Source: Oscillospiraceae bacterium
GTDB lineage: Bacteria; Bacillota; Clostridia; Oscillospirales; CAG-382
DNA length: 64,000 bases
Assembly: GCA_015064955.1 (NCBI GenBank)
Contig: SVRD01000001.1
Coordinates: 75,218-139,217 of the forward strand
Direction: 5' to 3'
The translations under genes were made by a program, and so were the position numbers. Below the pieces are notes generated by a model. It had not been told where the DNA came from and searched no databases. It worked only from the letters and a program-made list of their open reading frames with translations. The number at the start of each line of letters is the position of its first letter. Position 1 is the stretch's first letter. Below are positions 35,529 through 44,780 of this stretch, in pieces.

Positions 35529-36458
35529 ATGGAAAAGCTCGATTTTGATCTCCTTAAAGAAATTGCCCTGATGGATTCTATCCCCACAGGCGCATACAAC
35601 ATCAGAAAGAACGGCGGCTCGGCGGGCAGATTTTCTACCGAGAGCATTCGTATCGAAACAAAGACCGATAAGCCCGGTATCGACATAAACATCAAAAGCG
35701 GTACAAAAGGCGAAACGGTGCATATCCCCGTTATCATCACCGACACCGGCTATACCGAAACGGTATACAACGATTTCTTTATCGGTGACGATTGCGACGT
35801 AACCATTATGGCGGGCTGCGGTATTCACAACTGCGGCGACAGCGAATCGCGCCACGACGGTGTCCATACCTTTTACATCGGCAAAAATTCGATCGTGCGC
35901 TATTCAGAGCGTCACTACGGCGACGGTGACGGAAGCGGCGAGCGTATTATGAACCCCGAAACGATAGTTTACGTCGGCGAGGGCTCGACCATTCAGATGG
36001 ACACCACCCAGATCCGCGGAATTGATTCAACCGCAAGAAAAACCAAAATCGTCGTCGGCAAGGACGGCAGTGCGATAATCAACGAAAAGCTTCTTACCCA
36101 CGGCAAGCAGTACGCCGAATCGGATATGGACCTTGTGCTCGAGGGCGAAAACGCCAACGGCAGAATTATCTCGCGCTCGGTCGGTCAGGACGATTCAAAG
36201 CAGGTATTCCGCCCCTGCGTGACCGGCAAAGCGCAGTGCTTCGGTCACATTCGCTGCGATTCGATACTTATGGGCAAGGCAACAATAAGCTCTATCCCCG
36301 CAGTTGCGGCAGAGCACCCCGAAGCAAACCTTATTCACGAGGCTGCTATCGGCAGAATCGCGGGAGACCAGCTCATAAAGCTCATGACACTCGGACTCAC
36401 CGAGGAAGAAGCCGAGGAAAAAATACTCGAGGGCTTCCTTGGAGAAGAATCCAACTAA
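35529..36458 (+). CDS. SufB/SufD family protein
   Basis: 309 aa. Beta-helix-like repeats and the conserved C-terminal pattern HEAAIGRIAGDQLIKLMTLGLTEEEAEEKILEGFL are typical of SufB/D. Confidence 0.75.
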   Translation: MEKLDFDLLKEIALMDSIPTGAYNIRKNGGSAGRFSTESIRIETKTDKPGIDINIKSGTKGETVHIPVIITDTGYTETVYNDFFIGDDCDVTIMAGCGIHNCGDSESRHDGVHTFYIGKNSIVRYSERHYGDGDGSGERIMNPETIVYVGEGSTIQMDTTQIRGIDSTARKTKIVVGKDGSAIINEKLLTHGKQYAESDMDLVLEGENANGRIISRSVGQDDSKQVFRPCVTGKAQCFGHIRCDSILMGKATISSIPAVAAEHPEANLIHEAAIGRIAGDQLIKLMTLGLTEEEAEEKILEGFLGEESN

Positions 36459-36471
36459 ATCTTGTAACACC

Positions 36472-36518
36472 AAAAAATCCTCCGAAGAAACATTCTTCGG
36501 AGGATTTCGTTTTGTATT
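36472..36518. terminator. bidirectional terminator
   Basis: ATCCTCCGAAGA (36477-36488) / TCTTCGGAGGAT (36494-36505), with an A-run and a T-run, between convergent genes. Confidence 0.85.
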
Positions 36519-36520
36519 TA

Positions 36521-38308
36521 TCAGCCTACGGGGGTATCGTTGATATCGGGAGTTACGGGTTCGGCGTGAATGTAGCTTTCAAAGTTATACATCAACGTTG
36601 CAACCTGAGCTCTCGTAAGCTCGTTTTTGGGAGTGAGGTTGTTATCGTAGCCCTGAATAAGACTTTTTTCAACCGCCCAGGCGAGTTCCTCGTAGTAGAA
36701 TTCATTGATCTGATCGGAGTCGTTGAAATAAAGGAGTCCGTAGAAATCATTTACGGTAGTGTCCTCACCCAAGCAATCTGCGAGGCGGTAGAAGTAGACC
36801 GCCGCTGTTTCGCGGGTGACGATTTCGGCAGGGTTGAAGAGTGTCGCGGAATCAACGATGCCGTTTTCATAGCACCAAGTGAGAGCTTTGATATACCAAG
36901 CATCTGCCGTAACGTCGGTATATGGGAGCACGGTGCTCTTTGGAGCGGGCTCGCCCGCAAGTCTGTGGATAAATGTCACCATCTGCGCCTTTGTTGCCGA
37001 GTCGTTGGGAGCAAATGTGTCGGTCGTGATACCCGTAATATATCCCTTTTTGTAGGAATAGAGGATCTCGTCGTAATACCAAGCGTCAACGCTTACGTCG
37101 GCAAACGGAAGCTCGGAGCAGGCGACGTACTTCGTTGTCCAGTAATTAACGTCGTTGGGGAAGCAGGTCTGCACCGCGATCTTCAAATATTTACCGTTTG
37201 TAAGAAGCGACGGGTCGATAGTATAGGAAACGGTCTGGTCCATCCAGGTAGTGATATCGCGGATAACCTTTGCGTTTTCGGATTCGTTATAGTTGTTCGG
37301 ATCGGGAGTGCCGTTGAGCTCGATGATCTTGAATCGGTAGCCTGCCGCACCGGGAACGTCGCTCCAGGTTGCAGTATAGCCCGAGTTTGCCAATCTTGTA
37401 TCCGAGCTTGTGATGGTGGCGCCGGTATGACCGTAGCCGCCGATGTACTTGGTGTCCTCATCGAGAAGGATATATCCCTTGTAATCGCCGTACTGAGTGC
37501 GGCCGAAGTTGGAATTTACAACCTCGTAAACCTGCATAACCTCGCCCTTGGGAATGTTTATGATCGTGTTGGAGTTGGACGAAGCGGTATCGCGGAGATA
37601 CTTAACTCCCAAAAGCTCATAGTTGCCGGGCTGCCAAACGACAGCGGGCGTCTGGCTTGCGGCGGGAGTGCCGGTAGCCGAAAGCAGACAGAACCAGTCG
37701 AGATCCAGCTTGCCGGTGGAAAGTCGGGACTGGGTTACCCAGCAGTCGCCGTAATTGGTGCTTGTGCCTCTCGAGGAGGAGGGAGCACTGTCATATACGT
37801 GGAACTTGTTTGTCGCATAATCATATCCGACAAGCGCGATGAAGTGGCCTGGAACGTGTCCGACAGCAACACCGCCGTTCGCAAGGTGCTTTTTCAAGGT
37901 CGAGCTTGCAGCCGTTGACCAATAGCCCGTATTGCCCGAGCCGCAGTCAACGGTAAATCCGTAGGTCGCACCGTATTTTGCTTGAACGCGGGGATAGAGT
38001 GCAGTACGGTAGGTACCGCCTGCCGAGGGGGTATTGAACGCACCGATCGAATGTGCCCACGAGGCAACACCCGTGATACTCATACGCTTACCTGTAAGAT
38101 ATCCGACAGCGTTGACAAGCGCGAAAATACCGCAGCCTGTATTGTAAAGGTTTCTTCCGCCGTAGTAATAGCTTTTCCATTTTGTTTCCCACTGAACGAG
38201 ATGTCCGAGCGGTTCAACAGCAGTCGCGGTAACAAAGGTGCTGACCGCAAACGCCACGAGCATCGCAGCAACGATCAACAACGCGACCGATCTTTTAAGA
38301 ACAGACAT
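36521..38308 (-). CDS. secreted papain-like (C39-like) cysteine peptidase domain protein with SH3b-like/Fn3-like modules and three C-terminal SLH domains
   Basis: 595 aa from Met 38308 (RBS GGGAGG). Signal/TM MSVLKRSVALLIVAAMLVAFAV. Cys context NTGCGIFALVNAVGYL and His context GHFIALVGYD. The C-terminus has SLH-type repeats (FADVSVDAWYYDEILYSYKKGYITG; YTDVTADAWYIKALTWCYENGIVD; ...ELAWAVEKSLIQGY). Confidence 0.7.
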   Translation of the reverse strand: MSVLKRSVALLIVAAMLVAFAVSTFVTATAVEPLGHLVQWETKWKSYYYGGRNLYNTGCGIFALVNAVGYLTGKRMSITGVASWAHSIGAFNTPSAGGTYRTALYPRVQAKYGATYGFTVDCGSGNTGYWSTAASSTLKKHLANGGVAVGHVPGHFIALVGYDYATNKFHVYDSAPSSSRGTSTNYGDCWVTQSRLSTGKLDLDWFCLLSATGTPAASQTPAVVWQPGNYELLGVKYLRDTASSNSNTIINIPKGEVMQVYEVVNSNFGRTQYGDYKGYILLDEDTKYIGGYGHTGATITSSDTRLANSGYTATWSDVPGAAGYRFKIIELNGTPDPNNYNESENAKVIRDITTWMDQTVSYTIDPSLLTNGKYLKIAVQTCFPNDVNYWTTKYVACSELPFADVSVDAWYYDEILYSYKKGYITGITTDTFAPNDSATKAQMVTFIHRLAGEPAPKSTVLPYTDVTADAWYIKALTWCYENGIVDSATLFNPAEIVTRETAAVYFYRLADCLGEDTTVNDFYGLLYFNDSDQINEFYYEELAWAVEKSLIQGYDNNLTPKNELTRAQVATLMYNFESYIHAEPVTPDINDTPVG

Positions 38309-38369
38309 ATTTGCCTCCCAAAAAGCGAGCGGAGGACGATTCCGCCGCAGTATAAATTTATATAGTAAC

Positions 38370-38398
38370 ATTATACCGACTTTTTAGCATTTTGTCAA
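38370..38398 (-). promoter_or_regulatory. consensus sigma-A promoter of the SLH peptidase gene
   Basis: Reverse strand: TTGACA (rc of 38393-38398), exactly 17 nt, TATAAT (rc of 38370-38375). Confidence 0.7.
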
Positions 38399-38483
38399 CT
38401 ACACCGAACTTACAAGAAGTTTTTTCGGCGTTACCTACAATTTAACCGACCCGCTTTTATCCAAACTGCCCTCCGAAAAAGAA

Positions 38484-38520
38484 AAAACCGCGATAATACA
38501 AGTGTATATCGCAGTTTTTT
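38484..38520. terminator. weak bidirectional terminator-like hairpin downstream of yhbY
   Basis: Only a 6-bp stem, GCGATA (38490-38495) / TATCGC (38507-38512), flanked by A6 and T6 runs. Confidence 0.35.
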
Positions 38521-38628
38521 GATGCAGTATTGTGCAAAAATGACGGTTTTAAGACGATTTATCACTGTGACGCATCGCCCTTAGCGAGACTTCCTTATGG
38601 GAAGTCCCGCAAAGCGCGGCTTTCAATC

Positions 38629-38931
38629 TTATTTTCTCGGCAACACGATCTTGCGGTTTTCGGGCTTGCGTGATTGGCGGTAGATAACCACCTTTCTGCC
38701 GATAACCTGAACCGGCTCGCACTTGAGGTTGTCGCAAAGCGTGACCATAGCCTCCTTGGGTGTTTCGGGGCAGGTTTCGAGTATCGTGAGCTTGATAAGC
38801 TCGTGCGCATCGAGCGCCTTTTCAACCATATCGAAAACCGTATCTCCGATACCGAGCTTGCCGAGCTGTGTTGTCGGCTCTATTGAGTTTGCAAGCGAGC
38901 GCAGATACGCTCTCTGTTTCGTTGTAATCAT
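38629..38931 (-). CDS. yhbY: YhbY family (CRM domain) RNA-binding protein
   Basis: 100 aa. TTKQRAYLRSLANSIEPTTQLGKLGI...ELIKLTIL...VQVIGRKVVIYR is the typical YhbY pattern. Confidence 0.85.
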   Translation of the reverse strand: MITTKQRAYLRSLANSIEPTTQLGKLGIGDTVFDMVEKALDAHELIKLTILETCPETPKEAMVTLCDNLKCEPVQVIGRKVVIYRQSRKPENRKIVLPRK

Positions 38932-39023
38932 TTTTACCTCTTAATATATCTTTTTGTTATATGCGAAAGTGTTTTTTGAAAAAGCCGTGTGTTTTTTGTC
39001 GAACGCGAAGCGTCCCCGAAAAA

Positions 39024-39497
39024 TCAAGGATTTTTGGGGGAAATGTCCGTGCTTCCGAATCCGCCGCGGCGTTCGGCAATACATTCGTCGTCCTCGGTTA
39101 TGCCGTACGGCAGAAAGATCCCTTGTGCAAAGGCGTCGCCCGTCTTGACGTTATAGGCTTTGCTTCCGCCGACAAGCTTTATCTTTATATGTCCCTCGTT
39201 ATCGGCATTGAAATAGTCGGAATCTATCACGCCCGCAGTGTTTGCAAGCCTTACTCCGTATTTAAAGCCCGAGCCCGAGCGCGGCAGGATCACCAAAACC
39301 CAGCCGTCTGCGATCCGCGCGCGTATCCCCGTATCTATCACAATTTCCTCGCCGGGCTCGAGAGTAAAATCATAGGGCGCGATAAAATCATATCCCGCCG
39401 AGCCCGAGGTTGCGCGGCGCGGAAGAATTATATTTTCATATCCGTCGCGGTTGAACTGTTCGCGCGACACCTTGTAAAACTTAGCAATACGGTTCAT
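39024..39497 (-). CDS. dut: dUTP diphosphatase
   Basis: 157 aa. Trimeric dUTPase motifs SGSAGYDF, PRSGSGFKYGV, GVIDSDY and RRGGFGST. Confidence 0.85.
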   Translation of the reverse strand: MNRIAKFYKVSREQFNRDGYENIILPRRATSGSAGYDFIAPYDFTLEPGEEIVIDTGIRARIADGWVLVILPRSGSGFKYGVRLANTAGVIDSDYFNADNEGHIKIKLVGGSKAYNVKTGDAFAQGIFLPYGITEDDECIAERRGGFGSTDISPKNP

Positions 39498-39566
39498 AAT
39501 ACCACCAAAAACAATAAATTTTATATATCCTCAGCTAAATCCTTACAAAACGGTCGTTGTCGGGCA

Positions 39567-40274
39567 TTACCCGTTCCAACCGCCGTTCACATCAAAAACA
39601 CCCGCGGTGATATACAGAGCCCTGTCCGATGCGAGATATGCCACACAGTCTGCAACCTCCTCCGCCTCGCCCATTCGCAAAAGCGGTATCTCGTCGCAAA
39701 TCGCTTCGATATCGTCAAAGGTCAGATCGCCGTTCATATCGGTATCAATAATTCCGGGGCAAACGCAATTAACTCGGATACCCGTGGGCCCGACCTCTTT
39801 GGCAAGCGCCTTTGTAAAGCCGATAAGTCCCGCCTTTGCCGCAGAATAATCGACCTCACAGCTTCCGCCGACCTCGCCGAACACCGACGAGATATTGATG
39901 ATCACGCCGCTTTTTCTTTTTAACATAGCGGGCAATATCGCTCTTGTCAGCTCGATAGGCGCAAAAAGGTTTATTTCATACATTTTTCTTGCCGATTCGG
40001 CAGAGATCGAATCGAACGGCGCGACGAGCGCAACGCCCGCATTGTTCACAAGCAAGTCGATATCTCCGCACCTTTCGGCGAGCAGCTTGACCGATTCGCG
40101 TTCGCTCAAATCGGCGCAGATATATTCGGCGTTGCCAAGCTCGGCGCAAAGCGCTTCCGCCTCGTCAATGCTTCGGTTACAATGGATATAGAGATAATAG
40201 CCCTCTTTTGAAAGGGCACGGCTCACCGCCTCGCCGATGCCTCTTGCACCGCCGGTTATCAATGCCTTTTTCAT
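39567..40274 (-). CDS. SDR family oxidoreductase (FabG-like)
   Basis: 235 aa. TGGARGIG cofactor motif, NNAG, and the catalytic YSAAK motif. Confidence 0.85.
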   Translation of the reverse strand: MKKALITGGARGIGEAVSRALSKEGYYLYIHCNRSIDEAEALCAELGNAEYICADLSERESVKLLAERCGDIDLLVNNAGVALVAPFDSISAESARKMYEINLFAPIELTRAILPAMLKRKSGVIINISSVFGEVGGSCEVDYSAAKAGLIGFTKALAKEVGPTGIRVNCVCPGIIDTDMNGDLTFDDIEAICDEIPLLRMGEAEEVADCVAYLASDRALYITAGVFDVNGGWNG

Positions 40275-41155
40275 AGCTTACTTTCTACTGCCTTGAGCAA
40301 ATGCTTAAGGTCGCTCTTTGAATATTTATATACCGAATCGCAAAAGCTGCAGGTCATTTCAGTGACCTCTTGGCCGTTTTCGATCATATCGGTCAATTCC
40401 TTTGCACCGAGCGAGATGAGCGCATTGTCGGTCTTTTCCCGACTGCAAACGCACTTATATTCGCATTCGATCTCATCGAAAAGATCGTATTCGATGCCGT
40501 CGAACACCTCGTCGAGAATATCCTCGAGCTTGCCGTCGGAAAGTGTTTTTGTCACGGGGCGCATTTTCGCAACGTTCTGCTCGAGTCTTTCTGCAACCGC
40601 CTCGTCGGCAAACGGCAAAAGCTGTACCAAAGCGCCGCCCGCCTCCTTGACGGTATAATCTCTGTCGACAAGCACACCGACCGCGCAAACAGTGGGGATC
40701 TGCTCACTCGTCGCATAGTAATAGGCTATATCGTCGCCGACCTCGCCGGTTTGTATCTTTGAAACACCGACGTAAGGCTCGCTTCCGCCCGCATCGCGCA
40801 GGATATAAAGCTCGCCCTTGCCGATGCAGCCGCCAACGTCAAGCTTGCCGTCGGCACGCAAGGGCAGATCAGCCTGCGGATTCTGAATAAATCCGCGTAC
40901 GTTTCCGTAATAATCGCCGCTGACAACGACAGCACCGCCGACACCGTCGCCCTTGAAGCGAACCGTCATAACGTCCTCTTTTTCGCCGAGCATCGAGCTC
41001 GCAAGCGAGGTCGCAACAAGCGTTCTGCCGAGCGCCGCTGTGGTGACGGGTGTTGTATTGTGTATCTGACGAGCACGCTCGACTATATCGCGGCCATCAA
41101 GCAAAATAGCTCTCGCCGAGCCGTCTCTCGTCATCGCTCTTATAATTCTTCCCAT
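40271..41155 (-). CDS. hslO: Hsp33 family redox-regulated chaperone
   Basis: 294 aa from Met 41155: MGRIIRAMTRDGSARAILLDGRDIVERARQIHN. The C-terminal zinc centre is CVC...CSFC. The longer track ORF would overlap the xseA 3' end. Confidence 0.9.
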   Translation of the reverse strand: MGRIIRAMTRDGSARAILLDGRDIVERARQIHNTTPVTTAALGRTLVATSLASSMLGEKEDVMTVRFKGDGVGGAVVVSGDYYGNVRGFIQNPQADLPLRADGKLDVGGCIGKGELYILRDAGGSEPYVGVSKIQTGEVGDDIAYYYATSEQIPTVCAVGVLVDRDYTVKEAGGALVQLLPFADEAVAERLEQNVAKMRPVTKTLSDGKLEDILDEVFDGIEYDLFDEIECEYKCVCSREKTDNALISLGAKELTDMIENGQEVTEMTCSFCDSVYKYSKSDLKHLLKAVESKL

Positions 41156-41222
41156 AATCTTTTCCGATCCCCTGCCCCGACTCGCCATATGGCAAGAGGG
41201 GCGGTTTTCCTTGATGAATTTA

Positions 41223-42422
41223 TTATTTTGCAACAGCCTTTCGCTTGCCGTCGGCAAGCATCAGCTCGAATTCTTTTCCGCTTTCAAGCTCGTTTACGCT
41301 TCTTATCGCCTTGCCGTCCTCGCCGAAGGCTACCGAAAAGCCGCGGCCGAGAACCGACAGCGGATTCAAGCTGTTGAGCTTTTCGTTTTGAGCGTAAAGC
41401 TTCATTTTTTCGCGCTCGATCCGATTTCCGAATATATTGAAAATGCGTTCCTCGCTTCTTGCCACTGCCATACGGCGATCGTCAAAATAACCCTTTGGAC
41501 TTTGAAGCACGGGGCGCTGTGAAAGCGCGAGCAGGCGCTGGCGCAGATAATCGGTTCGCATCGAAAGATTGTGAAGCATTCTCTTTTCGACGTTGCCGAA
41601 CTGCTTTTTCAGATCGTTCACGTCGGGCACGGCAAGCTCTGCCGCCGCACTCGGTGTGGGAGCGCGCAGGTCCGCAACGAAATCGCATATCGTAAAATCG
41701 GTTTCGTGGCCGACCGCAGAAATTATCGGTGTTTTGCATTCATAAACGGCATGAGCAAGTGCTTCGTCGTTGAAGCACCAAAGATCCTCGGCACTGCCGC
41801 CGCCTCTGCCGATTATGATAACGTCGCATTTGCCGCTTTCATCGAGCGCACGGAGCGCGCTAATCATCTGTGCGGGCGCAGACGGTCCCTGAACGAGCGA
41901 CGGATAAAGATAAAGCCTCGCCGCAGGGAAACGTCTTCTTGTGACGTTGATCATATCCCGAACAGCCGCACCGCCCGGCGCGGTAATAATTCCGACCGAA
42001 AAGGGAATCTTCGGGATCTTCTTTTTATGCTCAGGGGCAAAAAGGCCTTCCTTCTGAAGCTTTGCCTTTAACTGCTCAAACGCGATATAGAGCGAGCCGA
42101 TTCCGTCGGGCTCCATTTCCTCGGCATAAAGACGGTATTGACCGTCCCGCACGAAAACGGCAACTCTGCCGGTGCAGACGACCTTCATACCGTTTTCGGG
42201 CTTGAACTTCAGTTTTGAAGCACCGCCGAACATTGTCGCGGGGATAGCCGAATTCTCGTCCTTAAGGGTGAAATATATATGTCCGCTTCCACCGTAAACA
42301 CGCACGTTGGATATTTCGCCCTTTACCACCACCTTGTTAAGCAGAGGCGAGGTCGAAAGGTAATCCTTTATGTACGTATTCAGCTGCTCGACGGTGAGGG
42401 TACGGATCGTTTGTCCGTTCAT
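41223..42422 (-). CDS. xseA: exodeoxyribonuclease VII large subunit
   Basis: 399 aa. The OB-fold N-terminus LTVEQLNTYIKDYL...VVVKGEISNVRVYGGSGHIYFTLKD is canonical XseA. Confidence 0.95.
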   Translation of the reverse strand: MNGQTIRTLTVEQLNTYIKDYLSTSPLLNKVVVKGEISNVRVYGGSGHIYFTLKDENSAIPATMFGGASKLKFKPENGMKVVCTGRVAVFVRDGQYRLYAEEMEPDGIGSLYIAFEQLKAKLQKEGLFAPEHKKKIPKIPFSVGIITAPGGAAVRDMINVTRRRFPAARLYLYPSLVQGPSAPAQMISALRALDESGKCDVIIIGRGGGSAEDLWCFNDEALAHAVYECKTPIISAVGHETDFTICDFVADLRAPTPSAAAELAVPDVNDLKKQFGNVEKRMLHNLSMRTDYLRQRLLALSQRPVLQSPKGYFDDRRMAVARSEERIFNIFGNRIEREKMKLYAQNEKLNSLNPLSVLGRGFSVAFGEDGKAIRSVNELESGKEFELMLADGKRKAVAK

Positions 42423-42901
42423 TCTGCTGCCTCATCCGACATTATAACAGGCTCGCTGTCCTCTTCCGACTCGGAGGAAAGCGGTTTTTTCTTTGCAAGA
42501 GGCTTTTCGATGCCTGCGGAATATTTACCGAGCACGCCGTGAATAAATCCGACCGAGTCCTCCTCGCCGAAATGGCGGGCAAGCTCAAGTGCCTCGTTTA
42601 CGGTTATTTCGATAGGAATTTCGGGGAAATAATCGATCTCACACGCCGCGATCCGAAGAACTGTAAGCGATACTCTGTCGATTCTGTCGATTCTCCAATT
42701 ATCCGCACAGCGCTCGATCTTTTCGTTTATATCTCCGAGATTTTCGTCTGCACGCAGAAAAAGATCCCTTGCAAACGCACTGATCTTCACCCCGCGCTCC
42801 TCTACCGCAGAATCAATAATCTCCGAAGCGGTTCTTTCGTAATCAAAGCTTCTTTCGAAAAGAAGGGTGATAGCAACCTCGCGTGATTCACGTCTTGTCA
42901 T
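42419..42901 (-). CDS. nusB: transcription antitermination factor NusB (with acidic C-terminal tail)
   Basis: 160 aa from Met 42901 (RBS GAGGTAGAG): MTRRESREVAITLLFERSF...WRIDRIDRVSLTVLRIAACEI. The stop overlaps the xseA start. Confidence 0.9.
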   Translation of the reverse strand: MTRRESREVAITLLFERSFDYERTASEIIDSAVEERGVKISAFARDLFLRADENLGDINEKIERCADNWRIDRIDRVSLTVLRIAACEIDYFPEIPIEITVNEALELARHFGEEDSVGFIHGVLGKYSAGIEKPLAKKKPLSSESEEDSEPVIMSDEAAE

Positions 42902-43008
42902 ATCTCTACCTCGTTCAAAATATCCTGAAACATAATAATTCATAGTATTATATCATCTAATTCACTCTCTGTCAAATATATAATTAAAGAAAAAAACATA
43001 AAAAGCTA

Positions 43009-43036
43009 TTGAAAAAACAACAATTTTTGGTATAAT
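43009..43036 (+). promoter_or_regulatory. sigma-A type promoter of gpmI
   Basis: TTGAAA (43009-43014), 16-nt spacer, extended -10 TGgTATAAT (43028-43036). Confidence 0.6.
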
Positions 43037-43080
43037 TATAATGTTATAATATATTTTTGAAGCCGAAAGGATTAAAAATC

Positions 43081-44712
43081 ATGTCTAACGGAATTTTCGG
43101 CGCGGAAAAGCGCCCCGTAATCACAATCGTAATGGACGGCATCGGTATATGCGATCGCGTTGCAGGTAACGCAGTCAAGGCTGCGGACACCCCCACGCTC
43201 GATATGCTCGCCGAAAAATATCACTGCTTCAGCCTCAAGGCTCACGGTACCGCAGTCGGTCTCCCCTCCGACGACGATATGGGTAACTCCGAGGTCGGCC
43301 ACAACGCACTCGGCGCAGGTCAGGTTTTCGCTCAGGGTGCAAAGCTTGTAAGCGTTGCTATCGAATCGGGCAGAATGTTTGAAAGCGACTCCTGGAAGAA
43401 CGTCGTTGCAAACGCAAAGGACGGCACTCTCCACTTCCTCGGTCTTTTCTCCGACGGTAACGTACACTCCCACATCGATCACCTCAAGGCGATGATTGTC
43501 CGCGCAAAAGAGGAAGGACTCAAAAAGGTACGTATCCATATCCTTCTCGACGGACGCGACGTCGGCGAAACCAGCGCACTCGAATACGTTCTTCCCTTCG
43601 AGGATTTCCTTTCCTCGCTCCGCGACGACAATTTCGACGTTTGCATCGCATCGGGCGGCGGACGTATGGTTATCACCATGGACAGATACGAAGCTAACTG
43701 GGCAATGGTCGAAAAGGGCTGGAAGACCCATGTTCTCGGCGACGGCAGACTCTTTGCATCGGCAGAGGAGGCTATCAACACCCTCCGTGCAGAAACCGGC
43801 GCGATCGACCAGGACCTCGCTCCCTTCGTTATCGCACGTGACGGCAAGCCCGTCGGCACGATCGAGGACGGCGACAGTGTCGTATTCTTCAACTTCCGCG
43901 GCGACCGCGCTATCGAGATCAGCAAAACCTTTGAAGCGGGCGCAGATTTCGACAAGTTCGACCGTGTACGTGTTCCCAACGTGGTTTATGCAGGTATGCT
44001 CGAATACGACGGCGACGCTCACATTCCCTCGAGATACCTTGTTTCTCCCCCCGAGATCAGCAACACCTTGGGCGAATTCCTTGTAGACAAGGGTATCCGT
44101 CAGCTCGCTATCTCCGAAACCCAGAAATACGGCCACGTAACTTATTTCTGGAACGGCAACAGAAGCGGCAAGTTCTCGGAAGAGCTCGAGGAATATATCG
44201 AAATTCCCTCCGACGTCGTTCCCTTTGAGCAGCGTCCCTGGATGAAGTGTGCGGAGATCACCGACGTTCTTATCGAAAAGATTTTGAGCGGCAATTACGA
44301 TTCTCTCCGCGTTAACTTCCCCAACGGCGACATGGTCGGCCACACCGGCTCGTTTATCGCCGCAAAGATCTCGGTCGAGGCGCTCGACGTCTGCCTTGCA
44401 AGAATTCTGAAGGCTGTCGACGAGGTAAAGGGTATTGCGATAATCACCGCAGACCACGGCAACGCCGACGAAATGTATGAGATCGACAAAAAGACCGGCG
44501 AAGCAAAGCTCAACTCCGACGGCAGCAAGAAGGCAAAGACCAGCCATACGTTGAACCCCGTTCCCTGCTATATCTACGATAATTTCTATTCCGATAAGTA
44601 CGAATTCGTCGATGGCAACTACGGTCTTGCAAACGTTGCGGCAACCGTTGTTACCATGATGGGCTATGAAGCTCCTTCTATGTGGGAAAGCCCGATGATC
44701 AAGCTTAAATAA
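43081..44712 (+). CDS. gpmI: 2,3-bisphosphoglycerate-independent phosphoglycerate mutase
   Basis: 543 aa from Met 43081. ITIVMDGIGI...MGNSEVGHNALGAG carries the catalytic Ser context, and ...ADHGNADEM is the C-terminal metal site. Confidence 0.9.
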   Translation: MSNGIFGAEKRPVITIVMDGIGICDRVAGNAVKAADTPTLDMLAEKYHCFSLKAHGTAVGLPSDDDMGNSEVGHNALGAGQVFAQGAKLVSVAIESGRMFESDSWKNVVANAKDGTLHFLGLFSDGNVHSHIDHLKAMIVRAKEEGLKKVRIHILLDGRDVGETSALEYVLPFEDFLSSLRDDNFDVCIASGGGRMVITMDRYEANWAMVEKGWKTHVLGDGRLFASAEEAINTLRAETGAIDQDLAPFVIARDGKPVGTIEDGDSVVFFNFRGDRAIEISKTFEAGADFDKFDRVRVPNVVYAGMLEYDGDAHIPSRYLVSPPEISNTLGEFLVDKGIRQLAISETQKYGHVTYFWNGNRSGKFSEELEEYIEIPSDVVPFEQRPWMKCAEITDVLIEKILSGNYDSLRVNFPNGDMVGHTGSFIAAKISVEALDVCLARILKAVDEVKGIAIITADHGNADEMYEIDKKTGEAKLNSDGSKKAKTSHTLNPVPCYIYDNFYSDKYEFVDGNYGLANVAATVVTMMGYEAPSMWESPMIKLK

Positions 44713-44780
44713 TTTTCATAAAGCATCGGCGTTTTCGATTCGGAAACGCCCGATGCCTTTCATCAAAAGGACTGATATAA

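Noticed and set aside
38599-38614. The 16-mer GGGAAGTCCCGCAAAG resembles GGGAAGTCTCGCAAAG at 55203-55218 (15/16).
   Set aside because: A back-of-envelope estimate for a 64-kb window on both strands gives tens of chance 15/16 matches, and there is no shared context.
38961-39923. 320-aa plus-strand ORF spanning dut and the SDR gene in antisense.
   Set aside because: It is antisense to two genes with clear family motifs, crosses an intergenic region, and has no RBS.
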